A DNA stretch of 32,000 nt, taken from assembly GCA_041649575.1 (NCBI GenBank), contig JBAZMW010000005.1, positions 81,687 to 113,686 of the forward strand. Direction: 5' to 3'. Numbering within the stretch: position 1 is the stretch's first letter; every line of letters starts with the position of its first letter. The notes below the pieces were generated by a model, which was not told the origin of the DNA, made no database searches, and was given only the letters and a program-made list of their open reading frames with translations. This DNA comes from Patescibacteria group bacterium. GTDB lineage: Bacteria > Patescibacteriota > Patescibacteriia > 2-01-FULL-39-33. This document shows, in pieces, positions 9,319 to 18,770 of the stretch. A program made the translations under genes and the position numbers.

Positions 9319-12300
9319 ATGATTACCAGTCAGGATCCCAATTTAGACTTTGAGGCCATCAAGCTTAGGCTGGCTTCTTCAAATGATATAAAAGCCTGGT
9401 CTCATGGCGAAGTGACTCGGCCGGAAACCATTAATTACCGCACCCAAAAACCGGAGCGGGATGGTTTGTTTTGTGAGAGAATTTTTGGTCCGGTCAAGGA
9501 TTGGGAATGTTATTGCGGTAAATACAAAAAAATTCGCTATAAGGGGATTGTTTGCGATAAGTGCGGCGTGGAAGTGACAAAAGCCATTGTTCGCCGGGAG
9601 CGCATGGGTCATATTGAACTGGCGTCGCCGGTTTCTCATATTTGGTTTTTGCGGGGCGTGCCTTCTCGCATCGGCTTAGCTTTGGATTTATCGGTTCAGT
9701 CTCTGGAAAAGGTTGTTTATTTCGCCAGCTTTATTATTACTTCCGTCAACGAGGAGTTAAAGGCGGAGACGCTGGGTCAAATCAAGGCTGAGTATAAACA
9801 ATATCGTAAACAAATTGAAAATGAATCGGAAAGAAAGGTGGAACAACTGAAAAAAATTGGCGAAACCAAGGCGGGTGTTCTAGAAAAAGAAACGGAGAAA
9901 ATATTTGTCCAAAAAGAGGACAAATTAAAAGAGCTGGAAAATACCATGATAGTGGCGGAAAACGAATTGAAAGACTTGAAACCCTTGAAAATTATTTCGG
10001 AACACGCTTTTCACGATTTGTCTTTGAAATATGGTCATATTTTTGAGGCCGATACCGGCGGCGAAGCGGTGCGCCGGCTGCTGTCGAAAATCAATCTGGA
10101 AGAAACTGTAAAAAAACTGGAAATAGAAACCGTTAAGGCGACGGGAGTCAAAAGAGGCAAGTTGATTAGGCGGGCTAAATTTTTTAACCAGCTTATCAAA
10201 AATGGAATTCGTCCCGAATGGATGATTTTAACTACCATCCCCGTTATTCCTCCGGATTTACGGCCGATGGTGCCTTTGGACGGCGGTCGTTTTGCCACCT
10301 CTGATTTGAATGATCTTTATCGTCGGGTGATTAACCGCAATAATCGTTTAAAACAACTCTTGGAGTTAAACGCCCCGGAGGTCATTACCAGAAACGAGAA
10401 AAGAATGCTTCAGGAAGCGGTTGATGCCTTAATTGATAATAACGCCCGCCATGGTAAAACCGTGGTGGCTTCAACCGGCCAAAAAAGAATGTTAAAAAGT
10501 ATCGCCGATATGCTCAAAGGCAAGCAGGGCCGTTTCCGACAAAATTTATTAGGCAAAAGAATTGACTACAGCGGCCGCAGCGTGATCGTTGTCGGTCCGG
10601 AGCTCAAGATGGATCAGTGCGGTCTGCCCAAAATTATGGCCCTGGAATTGTTTAAGCCGTTTATTATTTCCAAATTAATCCAGCGCGGGTTGGTTCATAA
10701 TGTTAGAAGCGCTAATCGCTATATCGAAAGTGGACACGAAGAAATTTGGGATTTACTAGAAGAAGTAGTGGAGGGTTCATATGTTTTATTGAATCGCGCT
10801 CCCACTTTGCATCGCCTGGGCATCCAGGCCTTCCGCCCGATTTTAATCGATGGTCGGGCAATCCAGGTTCATCCCTTGGTTTGTCCGGCGTTTAATGCCG
10901 ACTTTGATGGCGACCAAATGGCGGTTCATGTGCCATTGACCGAAGGGGCCCGCAAAGAAGCCAAGGAAATCATGCTCTCCACCAATAATATTTTGAAGCC
11001 GGCCGACGGCCGGCCAGTGGTGACGCCGCAGCAAGATATTATTTGGGGCTGCTATTACTTGACCACCATTAAAGAGACCGCAGAGCCAAAAGTTTTTTCG
11101 TCCCAAAATGAAGCGTTGTTGGCTTTTGAAAAGAAGCAAATAACCTTTCAGGATAAAATCAGGATTCGTTTTAAAAAGGGAGTCAAAAAAAGCAAAAAAC
11201 AAGCCGCGGAAAAAATAGAGCTATTGGAAACCACTTTGGGCAGGATTCTTTTTAATTCGGTTTTGCCGGTCAGTTTGGATTTTATCAATGAAAGAGTGGG
11301 CAAAAAAGAATTGAGCAAAATTTTAAGCAATATTTTACGTCGGTTTGGTTCGGAGGAAACCGTTCGGACTCTTGATGATCTAAAAGAGCTTGGTTTTCGC
11401 CATTTGACCCGATCGGGACAGTCGCTGGGTATGGATGACTTGTCAGAAATTAAGGAACGAGAGGAGTTAATTAAGCAAGGTAATAAGAATTTGGATGAGA
11501 TTGAGCAACAGTATCAGATGGGGCTTTTAACCGATGACGAAAGGCATGAAAAAATCGTGGAAATGTGGCTAAACATCAATAACAGCATTTTAAGCAAAGT
11601 AAAGGACTCTCTTTCCCAGGATAATTCTATTTTTAGCATGATTGATTCCGGCGCTCGTGGTTCTTGGGGGCAGCTGAGCCAGCTTATCGGCATGAAAGGC
11701 CCCGTGGTCAACCCAGCCTATGAAGTCATTGAATTGCCGGTTAAAGGTAATTTCAAAAAAGGTTTTGATGTTTTGGAATTTTTTATCTCCACTCACGGCG
11801 CTCGCAAAGGATTAACCGATACCGCTCTGCGCACTTCTTCCGCCGGCTATCTGACCAGAAGGCTGGTTGACGTCTCTCAAGACGTGGTGGTGGCCGAAGA
11901 GGATTGCGGCGACAAAGACGGATTGGTTCTGACCAGGACGGAAAGCGAAGCCATGAATAAAAATTTAGTCGACAGAATAGTTGGCCGTTATTTGGCTGAA
12001 GATATCAGCGATCCCAAAACCGGTAAGACCGTAGTGGCCAAGGGAGAATTAGTCAAAGAAGAATTAGTTGATAAACTGAAGGAATTAAAGCTAAATCAGG
12101 TTCGTATTCGTTCGGTTTTGACTTGTAAGAGCCTGGAAGGCGCTTGTCAGAAATGTTATGGCTATGATCTGGCTCATAATCAATTGGTGGAAAAGGGCAC
12201 GGCGGTGGGAATTATCGCGGCGCAAAGCGTGGGCGAACCGGGCACCCAGCTGACCATGAGAACCTTTCATACCGGCGGCGTGGCTTCGGAAGGCGATATC

Positions 12301-13215
12301 ACTCAAGGCTTGCCCAGAGTAGAAGAATTGTTTGAGGCTCGAATGCCAAAAGCAAAAGCGGTAATTGCCGAGGTGGCCGGAAAATTAAGTATCAAAGAAG
12401 GACAAAGAGAGGTCAAAAACACCGAAGGTAAAACCGTCATGGCCACTTCAAGTCGGGAAAGAATCTTGCAGATTAGCTATAAAGATCAGGTTGAAGATAA
12501 AATCAATTTCACCAGCAAGAGCGCCAAGTTAAAAGTCAAGGATAGTGAGAAGGTAAAATTGGGACAAGTATTATTTGTTGAAGACGAGAAAGAGACTACC
12601 AGTCCTTTTGAGGCCAAGGTGCGATTAGAAAAAGACGGCGTGGTTTTGATCAGTGACGGTTTGGGAGTGAAGGAATATATTATTCCGATTTCTCGTGCCA
12701 TATTGGTCAAAGATGGCGACGAGGTGGAGGCCGGCGATCAATTAACCGAAGGCAGTCTGGATTTACATCAGACTTACAGTCTGAAAGGACAGGAGTTCAC
12801 CCAGAAATACATCATGAAAGAGATTCATCTGGTTTATTCTTCCCAGGGACAAAATTTGAACGACAAACACGTGGAAATTATTGTCAGGCAAATGTTTTCC
12901 AAGGTTTACATTAAAGACGCTGGCGACAGCGATCTGATGCCGGGAGAGGTGATCGGCTACATGGAAATCGCCAATATCAACAAAGAACTGAAAAAACAGG
13001 GTAAAAAAGAAGTTGCATTCGACAGATTACTCTTGGGCATTACCAAGGTTTCTTTGTCCACCAGCAGCTGGTTGGCGGCCGCCTCTTTCCAGGAGACAGC
13101 CAAGGTATTAATTGATGCTTCCATTTCCGGTCGAACAGACGACCTTTCCGGATTAAAAGAAAATATAATTATCGGCCGCCTGATTCCGGCCGGTACCGGT
13201 TTCAAAAAAACCTAG
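9319..13215 (+). CDS. rpoC: DNA-directed RNA polymerase subunit beta'
   Basis: Zn-finger CYCGKYKK...CDKCGVEV, catalytic [14 protein letters not shown], and bridge-helix/trigger-loop sequences. 1298 aa. 26 nt after the rpoB stop. Confidence 0.98.
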   Translation: MITSQDPNLDFEAIKLRLASSNDIKAWSHGEVTRPETINYRTQKPERDGLFCERIFGPVKDWECYCGKYKKIRYKGIVCDKCGVEVTKAIVRRERMGHIELASPVSHIWFLRGVPSRIGLALDLSVQSLEKVVYFASFIITSVNEELKAETLGQIKAEYKQYRKQIENESERKVEQLKKIGETKAGVLEKETEKIFVQKEDKLKELENTMIVAENELKDLKPLKIISEHAFHDLSLKYGHIFEADTGGEAVRRLLSKINLEETVKKLEIETVKATGVKRGKLIRRAKFFNQLIKNGIRPEWMILTTIPVIPPDLRPMVPLDGGRFATSDLNDLYRRVINRNNRLKQLLELNAPEVITRNEKRMLQEAVDALIDNNARHGKTVVASTGQKRMLKSIADMLKGKQGRFRQNLLGKRIDYSGRSVIVVGPELKMDQCGLPKIMALELFKPFIISKLIQRGLVHNVRSANRYIESGHEEIWDLLEEVVEGSYVLLNRAPTLHRLGIQAFRPILIDGRAIQVHPLVCPAFNADFDGDQMAVHVPLTEGARKEAKEIMLSTNNILKPADGRPVVTPQQDIIWGCYYLTTIKETAEPKVFSSQNEALLAFEKKQITFQDKIRIRFKKGVKKSKKQAAEKIELLETTLGRILFNSVLPVSLDFINERVGKKELSKILSNILRRFGSEETVRTLDDLKELGFRHLTRSGQSLGMDDLSEIKEREELIKQGNKNLDEIEQQYQMGLLTDDERHEKIVEMWLNINNSILSKVKDSLSQDNSIFSMIDSGARGSWGQLSQLIGMKGPVVNPAYEVIELPVKGNFKKGFDVLEFFISTHGARKGLTDTALRTSSAGYLTRRLVDVSQDVVVAEEDCGDKDGLVLTRTESEAMNKNLVDRIVGRYLAEDISDPKTGKTVVAKGELVKEELVDKLKELKLNQVRIRSVLTCKSLEGACQKCYGYDLAHNQLVEKGTAVGIIAAQSVGEPGTQLTMRTFHTGGVASEGDITQGLPRVEELFEARMPKAKAVIAEVAGKLSIKEGQREVKNTEGKTVMATSSRERILQISYKDQVEDKINFTSKSAKLKVKDSEKVKLGQVLFVEDEKETTSPFEAKVRLEKDGVVLISDGLGVKEYIIPISRAILVKDGDEVEAGDQLTEGSLDLHQTYSLKGQEFTQKYIMKEIHLVYSSQGQNLNDKHVEIIVRQMFSKVYIKDAGDSDLMPGEVIGYMEIANINKELKKQGKKEVAFDRLLLGITKVSLSTSSWLAAASFQETAKVLIDASISGRTDDLSGLKENIIIGRLIPAGTGFKKT

Positions 13216-13234
13216 CGAATCTTAATAAAATTAA

Positions 13235-13260
13235 GCCCCGTTAAAAGCGGGGTTTTTTTT
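13235..13260 (+). terminator. Strong intrinsic terminator of rpoBC
   Basis: CCCCG / CGGGG stem (13236-13240 / 13248-13252), 7-nt loop TTAAAAG, followed by T8 (13253-13260). Confidence 0.8.
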
Positions 13261-13342
13261 ATTTAAATTTAGATAAAAATAATTTAATTAATAAGACTTT
13301 AAGAGACATTAGAGATATTCAGTGATATGTATTACTTATAAT

Positions 13343-13372
13343 TTGACATTAATATACAATTTTTGTTATGCT
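13343..13372 (+). promoter_or_regulatory. Candidate promoter of island module 1, TTGACA-18 nt-TATGCT
   Basis: TTGACA at 13343-13348 and TATGCT at 13367-13372. The -10 overlaps the ORF-track start codon at 13368, which argues for a downstream start. Confidence 0.45.
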
Positions 13373-13409
13373 GAAAGTAGTTGGGGAAAAGTTAAATTTT
13401 TATTATCTA

Positions 13410-13616
13410 ATGTTTAACTCGGAATATAATTTGTTGACAATGGAACAGGTGGCCCAGCGTCTGGGAGTTTCGTTAAAGACGATTTATCGCTGGATAGAAT
13501 CCGGCCAATTACCGGTATCTTTGGTTGGCCGGAGAACTTATCGTATTTTTGAACGTGATTTTGTCAGATTTGTTTATTCCAGACAAATCAACAGACACGT
13601 AAATAAAAAAAGATAA
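13410..13616 (+). CDS. Excisionase-family helix-turn-helix DNA-binding protein (HTH_17, MerR superfamily), paralog 1
   Basis: LTMEQVAQRLGVSLKTIYRWIESGQLPVSLVGRRTYRIFERDFVRFV matches the excisionase-type wHTH pattern (lt..E.A..L.vs..T.YrwI..G.lPa.kiG...yRi...dl..fl). The start is uncertain: ATG 13410 is preferred, with alternatives at 13368 (track) and 13440. Confidence 0.8.
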   Translation: MFNSEYNLLTMEQVAQRLGVSLKTIYRWIESGQLPVSLVGRRTYRIFERDFVRFVYSRQINRHVNKKR

Positions 13617-13627
13617 TTTTTAAAGAA

Positions 13628-14344
13628 ATGTTAAAACGAAGTAAAAAATTTATTTTACTGATGGCAGCGGTCGGCGTGTTGTTTTTTGGCGTTAATTTCT
13701 CCGGTGCCGCCATGAGTTCTGATAATTATCAGATTTGGGCGGACGTTATTTCCGTCGGCGGGATTGAGAAGGCTAGCTCCACTAATTATCGGATGCACAC
13801 CACCTTGGGCGAAGGAGCCAGTGGTCGCTTCTCCTCCAGCGGTGATTCGGGCCGAGCCGGCTTCAGAGAAATGCAAAAGTTTCATTTAACCTTGAGTCTC
13901 GGCGCCAGCGCTTTGGCCCTGGGCGAATTAAAAACAACAGAAACCAAGTCCGCCAGCCATACCTTAACCGTCGAATCAAATTCTGACACGGGCATCAGCG
14001 TCACTTTTTCTGGCAGCACTCTGGCTTGCGCCAGTTGCTCCGGCACCAATAGTGTCAGCGGCATCGGAGGCACCGCTGCCAGCTCGGCGATTGGCACCAG
14101 CCAGTTCGGCTTTAACTCGATTATTGATTTGAGCCAGAGCGCCTCGACTCCGCTGGCGGGCGCGGTGTCTCCTTATAACACTTCCGGCCAATACGCTTTT
14201 AGTAGCGGCTCACAGGTTATTAGCGCCACCACGGCAGTCAATCGAAGCGTTTTTAATATTAATTATATCGCCAACATCAATGGCAATGAAACGGGCGGCA
14301 GCTACAACACAACCATTACCTACACGGCGACTGCCAACTTTTAA
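13628..14344 (+). CDS. Secreted beta-rich surface protein, WxL-like / pilin-like (function unknown)
   Basis: Signal peptide MLKRSKKFILLMAAVGVLFFGVNFSGAA. Paired SS-x-NY motifs (SSDNYQIW, SSTNYRMH). Ser/Thr/Gly/Ala-rich body. C-terminal alternating beta-strand GGSYNTTITYTATANF, resembling the terminal strand of WxL-domain proteins and fimbrial subunits. 11 nt after the HTH gene. Confidence 0.6.
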   Translation: MLKRSKKFILLMAAVGVLFFGVNFSGAAMSSDNYQIWADVISVGGIEKASSTNYRMHTTLGEGASGRFSSSGDSGRAGFREMQKFHLTLSLGASALALGELKTTETKSASHTLTVESNSDTGISVTFSGSTLACASCSGTNSVSGIGGTAASSAIGTSQFGFNSIIDLSQSASTPLAGAVSPYNTSGQYAFSSGSQVISATTAVNRSVFNINYIANINGNETGGSYNTTITYTATANF

Positions 14345-14364
14345 TTAACAAATACTTAATCAAA

Positions 14365-15324
14365 ATGAGGATAAAAAAAATTTATATTTTACCGGCAATT
14401 TTGTTTCTGGCCATTATTTTGCCCAATTTGGCCAAGGCGTTCTCGGTTTCGCCGCCGATAATAGAGACAGATTTGAATCCCGGCCAATCTGGTCTAGAAA
14501 ATCTGGTTTTGTTTAACGAAACCGAACAGGAAGTTTTTTTAAACGGCTACGTAGAGACATTTAGGCCCAGAGGCGAGGCGGGCGAGGTGGAAGTGGTGCC
14601 ACCGGCTGTTTCCCAGCAGGCGGTTGCCTGGCTTAAATTGCCTGAAAATTCTCTAAGCTTGAAGCCGGGAGAAGAAAAAACAGTGCCTCTGATAATTAAC
14701 GTGTCCAAAACCGCCCAGGTTGGCGGCTATTATTTGGCGGTTATGTGGGAAACGTCGCTAGGGCCCAAAAAACAAACCAACCAGGTTCAGGTTTCCGGGC
14801 GGCTGGGCGTTTTGATTTTTTTGCGGGTTGAAGGCGCAGCCAAGGAAGAAATTTCTTTGAAGGATTTTCGGCTGGCAGAAAAAAAACAGGTGTTCGATCG
14901 TTTGCCGGTCGGTTTTGTGAGTCGCCTAGAAAACACCGGCAACGTTCATCTAAAACCAAAAGGATTAATTATCATCAAAAGTATTTTTGGCGTTGACGAG
15001 GTTTTGCCTTTTAACGAGGAGGAAAAAAATATCATGCCCCAGAGCATCAGAAGTTTTAACAATGACTGGGTTAAGGCCGGAGACAGGGCAAAGGCTGGTG
15101 GTTTTTGGTCGGAACTGAAGGCGGAACTAGGGCAATTTGCCTGCGGCCGGTTTTCGGCCCAGTTACAAGCGGAATACGGTCCAGATCATCAAAAAATAAA
15201 TTCGGAAAAAATTTATTTTTGGGTGTTGCCCTGGCGCCTCTTACTTTTAGCCGCAATCGGATTAATAATTTTTTTAGTTGCAACATTAACCTTAAGAAAA
15301 ATTAGCAAAAATAAGAGCGCTTAA
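14365..15324 (+). CDS. Cell-surface protein with signal peptide, Ig-like N-domain and C-terminal membrane anchor (DUF916/DUF3324, CscA-like)
   Basis: Signal peptide ...LPNLAKA/FSVSPPIIETDLNPGQSG. LVLFNETEQEVFLNGYV and KPGEEKTVPLIINVSKTAQVGGYYLAV fit the DUF916-type pattern. C-terminal TM LLLLAAIGLIIFLVATLTL plus basic tail RKISKNKSA. The family assignment is from memory of its pattern, not a search. Confidence 0.55.
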   Translation: MRIKKIYILPAILFLAIILPNLAKAFSVSPPIIETDLNPGQSGLENLVLFNETEQEVFLNGYVETFRPRGEAGEVEVVPPAVSQQAVAWLKLPENSLSLKPGEEKTVPLIINVSKTAQVGGYYLAVMWETSLGPKKQTNQVQVSGRLGVLIFLRVEGAAKEEISLKDFRLAEKKQVFDRLPVGFVSRLENTGNVHLKPKGLIIIKSIFGVDEVLPFNEEEKNIMPQSIRSFNNDWVKAGDRAKAGGFWSELKAELGQFACGRFSAQLQAEYGPDHQKINSEKIYFWVLPWRLLLLAAIGLIIFLVATLTLRKISKNKSA

Positions 15325-18300
15325 TGAAAAAAATATTTTTTTTAATAATCATTTTTATCGTTTTAACCAGCTTGATCTGGGCGGGTGTGGTTTTGGCTGT
15401 TAGCGAGAGTCGCGGCAGTAGTGTCAATATTAATGCCACCATTCCTACTTCCGGCGGCCCGCCGGGCTGTCCGCCGAATTGTCCGCCCAAGCCGGATTCT
15501 TTGGTAATCGACCAGATTTCGGCTGTCGGCTTCTGCACCTCGGCCACGGTTAACTGGCATACCTACCTTAGTCCCAGCGGCAAAGTAGCCAAAAGTACCG
15601 GCGTAGTCAGCTACTGGCCCAGTGGCCATCCAGAAGAAAAAGCTACAGTCAGCTCAACAGTGCCTTCGGAGTTTCACTCAGTGAATTTAAACGATTTAGA
15701 GCCACTGACTGCTTATGATTATGACATCACCGCTACCGCTGCAATCGGAGGAGCGTCTAGTGGCACCCTTAACTTCACTACCACTTGCGGCATCATTAAT
15801 GCTTCGATTGTCGCCGAGCCGGAAGAGCGGGGAGTGAAAATTATCGTCAGCTATCCCGACGACCCGGATATTAGCAAAGTGATTATCAGAAAAAAAATCA
15901 ACAGCGTTCCCCTTGATCAAAGCGATGGCGTTGAATTCTACTACGACGCGCAGCCGCATCCGCCTTTAAGCAGTGAGTTATTTTTTGACCCGCATTTAGC
16001 CGGTGATCCGGGGCAACGCGATTATGACAATTTTTCTAATTTGAATGATAATTACTGTTACGCGGTTTTTATTTGCAACAGCCACAATAACTGCTCCTCC
16101 GGTTCTTACGATTGCGCTCGCAGAGCCATACCAGAAGCCGATGGACTAATGGCTGTGCCCGGAAATGGGCGAATCGAGCTGCTCTGGTCCAATCCCGGCG
16201 ATAATAGCGCCAGCGATTTTATTTTTAGCAAGACGCGACTGATAAAAACCGGAGAGAATTGCTTGGCAGCTGACCCTACAGGAGGCGTGCTTCTAAGAGA
16301 AGGCGAGGCTACCGGCTATTTGGACGGCGCTTTGGAAAACAATCAGACTTATTATTACAAACTATTTGTCAAAAATAGCTATGGCGAATATTCCGACGGC
16401 TTATGCTTAAGAGCCGTGCCTTCGGCTCAGGCTCAAGCCAGGTGTATTAGCGGCGTTCGTTTGCAAAATGGCGACAAAAAAATAGAGGCTACTTGGATAA
16501 ATCCGGAAAATGAAGCCGGGGTTTTTGAGCTGGACAGTGTCCAGTGGCAGAGAGATTCTTCTTGTGTTGTCTCTGCCGGTAGCGGCCAGACCATTTACAG
16601 CGGCCTGGGAAATAGTTTTTCTGATACCAACGTTAATAACGGTTCTCTCTATGCTTATAGCAGTTTTGTAAATTATAATAATGATAGTACCGCCAGCTGC
16701 GGTTGTTTTTACGGCTTACCTGCGACAGAAACCGAGTTGCCAGAAGAAGTTTGTCCGGAGTGTTCGCTTAGTTTACAGCGGCCCAGCTTTAAATTTTATG
16801 TCAACTCCGGAGCCTTAGAACTTTTGGCCAACCAAAACAAACTAGACCTCCTGGCCGGCTACGATTTTTCAATCATCGCCGACCAAAGGGCTTTGCCTAA
16901 GCCGGTATCGCTTATGGTGGCCCAGCTTCAAGGCAAGAATTATTTTTTTTCGCTAAATAATTTACAGCAATCATATCAGGCTTCGCTAGCAACGCCTTTT
17001 AAGGAAGGAAGTTATAGTTTACAAATTACCACGGTTTACCAAGACAAAACCAAATCGGTGGAAACTTGGTATTTGATGATTTGGCCGCGCGGCGTGATCT
17101 TAGACGAAATCGGTCGTCCCATTAAAGGAGCCACTGTCTCGCTTTGGGCCGATAATGGCTCTTTGTCGGCCGGCCTGGGTTTTGCCAACCCCCAATCAAC
17201 CGATACTTTTGGATCATACGGTTTAATGGTGGCCAGTGGCAAGTATTATCTGGAAGTCGAATATAGGGGCTACCAAAAAGAGCGCTTGGCTGTCGAGATT
17301 AAAAACAACATTGTCAATGCCAACTTCAGGCTGATAAAAATAAAAAGTTTTTTGGAACAAGTTGTCGGGTCTTTGTCTAACTTGCTGCCGCCAGCCCGCC
17401 AAGCCAACAATTACATTGCTCCGGGCATAATGCTAATGGCTTTAATTAATACGGCGGCGGCTGTGCCTTTTTGGAATTTTGTTTATTATTTACAATATCT
17501 TTTCACCGAGCCGTTGGCTTGGCTGTTTAGGCGGCGGCGACAGGGCTGGGGAGTGGTCTTTAACTCTATCACTAAAAAACCGGTTGACCTGGCAGTAGTG
17601 CGGCTCTATGACCGTCAAGCGGGGCGGTTGTTGCGTTCACGGGTGACGGATAAGGAGGGAAGATACAGTTTTTTGGTGGGTCAGGGAGTTTATTACTTGG
17701 AGGTGATCAAGGCGGGATTTGTCTTTCCCTCGAACATTTTAAAAGGCGTTAATGAGGACAGGAGTTACACCGATATTTATCATGGTCAAAACATTGAAAT
17801 TAGAGACGACCAAAAAGGAATTATTATCGCCAACATACCTCTGGATCAAGAGGAACTAAAGATTACCGACAAACAGGTAATCAGTCGTGACTTTTGGAGA
17901 AAGGTTAAAGAGAATATTAGCGTTGTCAGCCCGATTTTAGCCATCATTTCTTTCGCAGTGTCGCCCACGATTTTGATTGGTTCTTTTACCATCTTGCATC
18001 TGATTTTGTATCTTTTCTTTAGAAGGCTGGCCAAAACCAGACAGGCCAAGCCCTGGGGCGTCATTTACAATAAAGACAATAAAAAGTCATTGGCTAAGTC
18101 GGTAGTTCGAATTATCGCGCCGGAATACAACCGGATGCTCGAAGCCCAGGTGACCGACAATTATGGGCGTTATGGTTTTTTGGTGGACAATAATATTTAT
18201 TATGTTACGGCCAACAAAGATGGTTACCGGGAGAAAAAGAGCGACGAGATTAATCTGGTTGGCAAAAAATCGAGCGAGGTGGTGGGGCAGGATTTGTCGC

Positions 18301-18527
18301 TGGAGCCGGTGAGCGGCAAGGGCGCAGTTGATTTTGGCGTCGGCTCGGAAACGGAAAAAACCACTGCAACGGAGGTTTTGGCTTCGCCCCAAGCGGCAGG
18401 TGGCCAGGATAATACCGCGCCAGAATCCAAGGAAGAAGCTAAGCAGCCGGACGAAATCGTCGCTGCCGCCGTTTCTGAAGTCAAAAGCGAAAACAAAGAA
18501 GTTATAAAAGAGGATTATCGTGGTTAA
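15324..18527 (+). CDS. Large polytopic surface protein: signal anchor, FN3-like domains, three CarboxypepD_reg-like domains separated by paired TM helices, acidic tail
   Basis: The ATG overlaps the upstream TAA (TAATG at 15322-15326). N-terminal hydrophobic helix. FN3-like signatures (LEPLTAYDYDITA, NQTYYYKLFVKNSYGEYS). Three motifs of type TD..G.Y.F.v..G.YYlev.k.GY at about 17090-17340, 17550-17800 and 18050-18260. Hydrophobic pairs at about 17410-17530 and 17920-18025. Confidence 0.7.
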   Translation: MKKIFFLIIIFIVLTSLIWAGVVLAVSESRGSSVNINATIPTSGGPPGCPPNCPPKPDSLVIDQISAVGFCTSATVNWHTYLSPSGKVAKSTGVVSYWPSGHPEEKATVSSTVPSEFHSVNLNDLEPLTAYDYDITATAAIGGASSGTLNFTTTCGIINASIVAEPEERGVKIIVSYPDDPDISKVIIRKKINSVPLDQSDGVEFYYDAQPHPPLSSELFFDPHLAGDPGQRDYDNFSNLNDNYCYAVFICNSHNNCSSGSYDCARRAIPEADGLMAVPGNGRIELLWSNPGDNSASDFIFSKTRLIKTGENCLAADPTGGVLLREGEATGYLDGALENNQTYYYKLFVKNSYGEYSDGLCLRAVPSAQAQARCISGVRLQNGDKKIEATWINPENEAGVFELDSVQWQRDSSCVVSAGSGQTIYSGLGNSFSDTNVNNGSLYAYSSFVNYNNDSTASCGCFYGLPATETELPEEVCPECSLSLQRPSFKFYVNSGALELLANQNKLDLLAGYDFSIIADQRALPKPVSLMVAQLQGKNYFFSLNNLQQSYQASLATPFKEGSYSLQITTVYQDKTKSVETWYLMIWPRGVILDEIGRPIKGATVSLWADNGSLSAGLGFANPQSTDTFGSYGLMVASGKYYLEVEYRGYQKERLAVEIKNNIVNANFRLIKIKSFLEQVVGSLSNLLPPARQANNYIAPGIMLMALINTAAAVPFWNFVYYLQYLFTEPLAWLFRRRRQGWGVVFNSITKKPVDLAVVRLYDRQAGRLLRSRVTDKEGRYSFLVGQGVYYLEVIKAGFVFPSNILKGVNEDRSYTDIYHGQNIEIRDDQKGIIIANIPLDQEELKITDKQVISRDFWRKVKENISVVSPILAIISFAVSPTILIGSFTILHLILYLFFRRLAKTRQAKPWGVIYNKDNKKSLAKSVVRIIAPEYNRMLEAQVTDNYGRYGFLVDNNIYYVTANKDGYREKKSDEINLVGKKSSEVVGQDLSLEPVSGKGAVDFGVGSETEKTTATEVLASPQAAGGQDNTAPESKEEAKQPDEIVAAAVSEVKSENKEVIKEDYRG

Positions 18528-18530
18528 ATT

Positions 18531-18560
18531 TTGTCAATTGAGAACAATTAAGTATATAAA
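18531..18560 (+). promoter_or_regulatory. Promoter-like box P1 (TTGTCAATTGAGAACA...TATA-rich -10)
   Basis: TTGTCA at 18531-18536, with TATATA/TATAAA 16-18 nt downstream. The first 16 nt are a 15/16 copy of the P2 box at 18644. Confidence 0.35.
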
Positions 18561-18643
18561 TACTACAAATAGTAATTATTCTTTATTTAATTATCTAAAT
18601 TAGGTATTTATATATAAATTTAATACCTGTTGATAACTTTTTA

Positions 18644-18673
18644 TTGACAATTGAGAACATAATCTTTTATAAT
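18644..18673 (+). promoter_or_regulatory. Promoter P2 of island module 2, TTGACA-18 nt-TATAAT
   Basis: TTGACA at 18644-18649 and TATAAT at 18668-18673. It gives a ~100-nt leader before the HTH-2 ATG. Confidence 0.5.
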
Positions 18674-18732
18674 TAACTTAAATACCAACAGCTAAAAATT
18701 AGCATAAAATGAGTAAAAACAGATTGTTTTAT

Positions 18733-18770
18733 AAGCCATAATATTTTTTTATTCTGGCTTTTTATTTTTA
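18733..18770 (+). terminator. Terminator-like hairpin plus U-tract inside the HTH-2 leader (putative attenuator)
   Basis: AAGCCATAAT / ATTCTGGCTT stem (18733-18742 / 18751-18760, one mismatch), 8-nt loop, followed by TTTATTTTT. It lies downstream of P1/P2 and 17 nt upstream of the ATG at 18778. Confidence 0.45.

Noticed and set aside
6493-13205. Numerous 60-136 aa ORFs within or antisense to rpoB and rpoC (for example 7263..7673+, 8155..8526-, 10843..11202-)
   Set aside because: rpoB and rpoC are unambiguous over their whole length. These are shadow frames.
13368-13409. Track start codon 13368 for HTH-1 (adds MLKVVGEKLNFYYL)
   Set aside because: The ATG at 13368 sits inside the candidate -10 (TATGCT, 13367-13372). 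The extension has no counterpart in paralog 2. ATG 13410 (or 13440) fits the paralog alignment better. This was not experimentally resolvable here.
13655-14191. Three antisense ORFs (71-76 aa) within the 238-aa secreted-protein gene
   Set aside because: They are open antisense frames, as expected opposite GC-rich Ser/Gly/Ala codons. The sense frame has a signal peptide and operon context.
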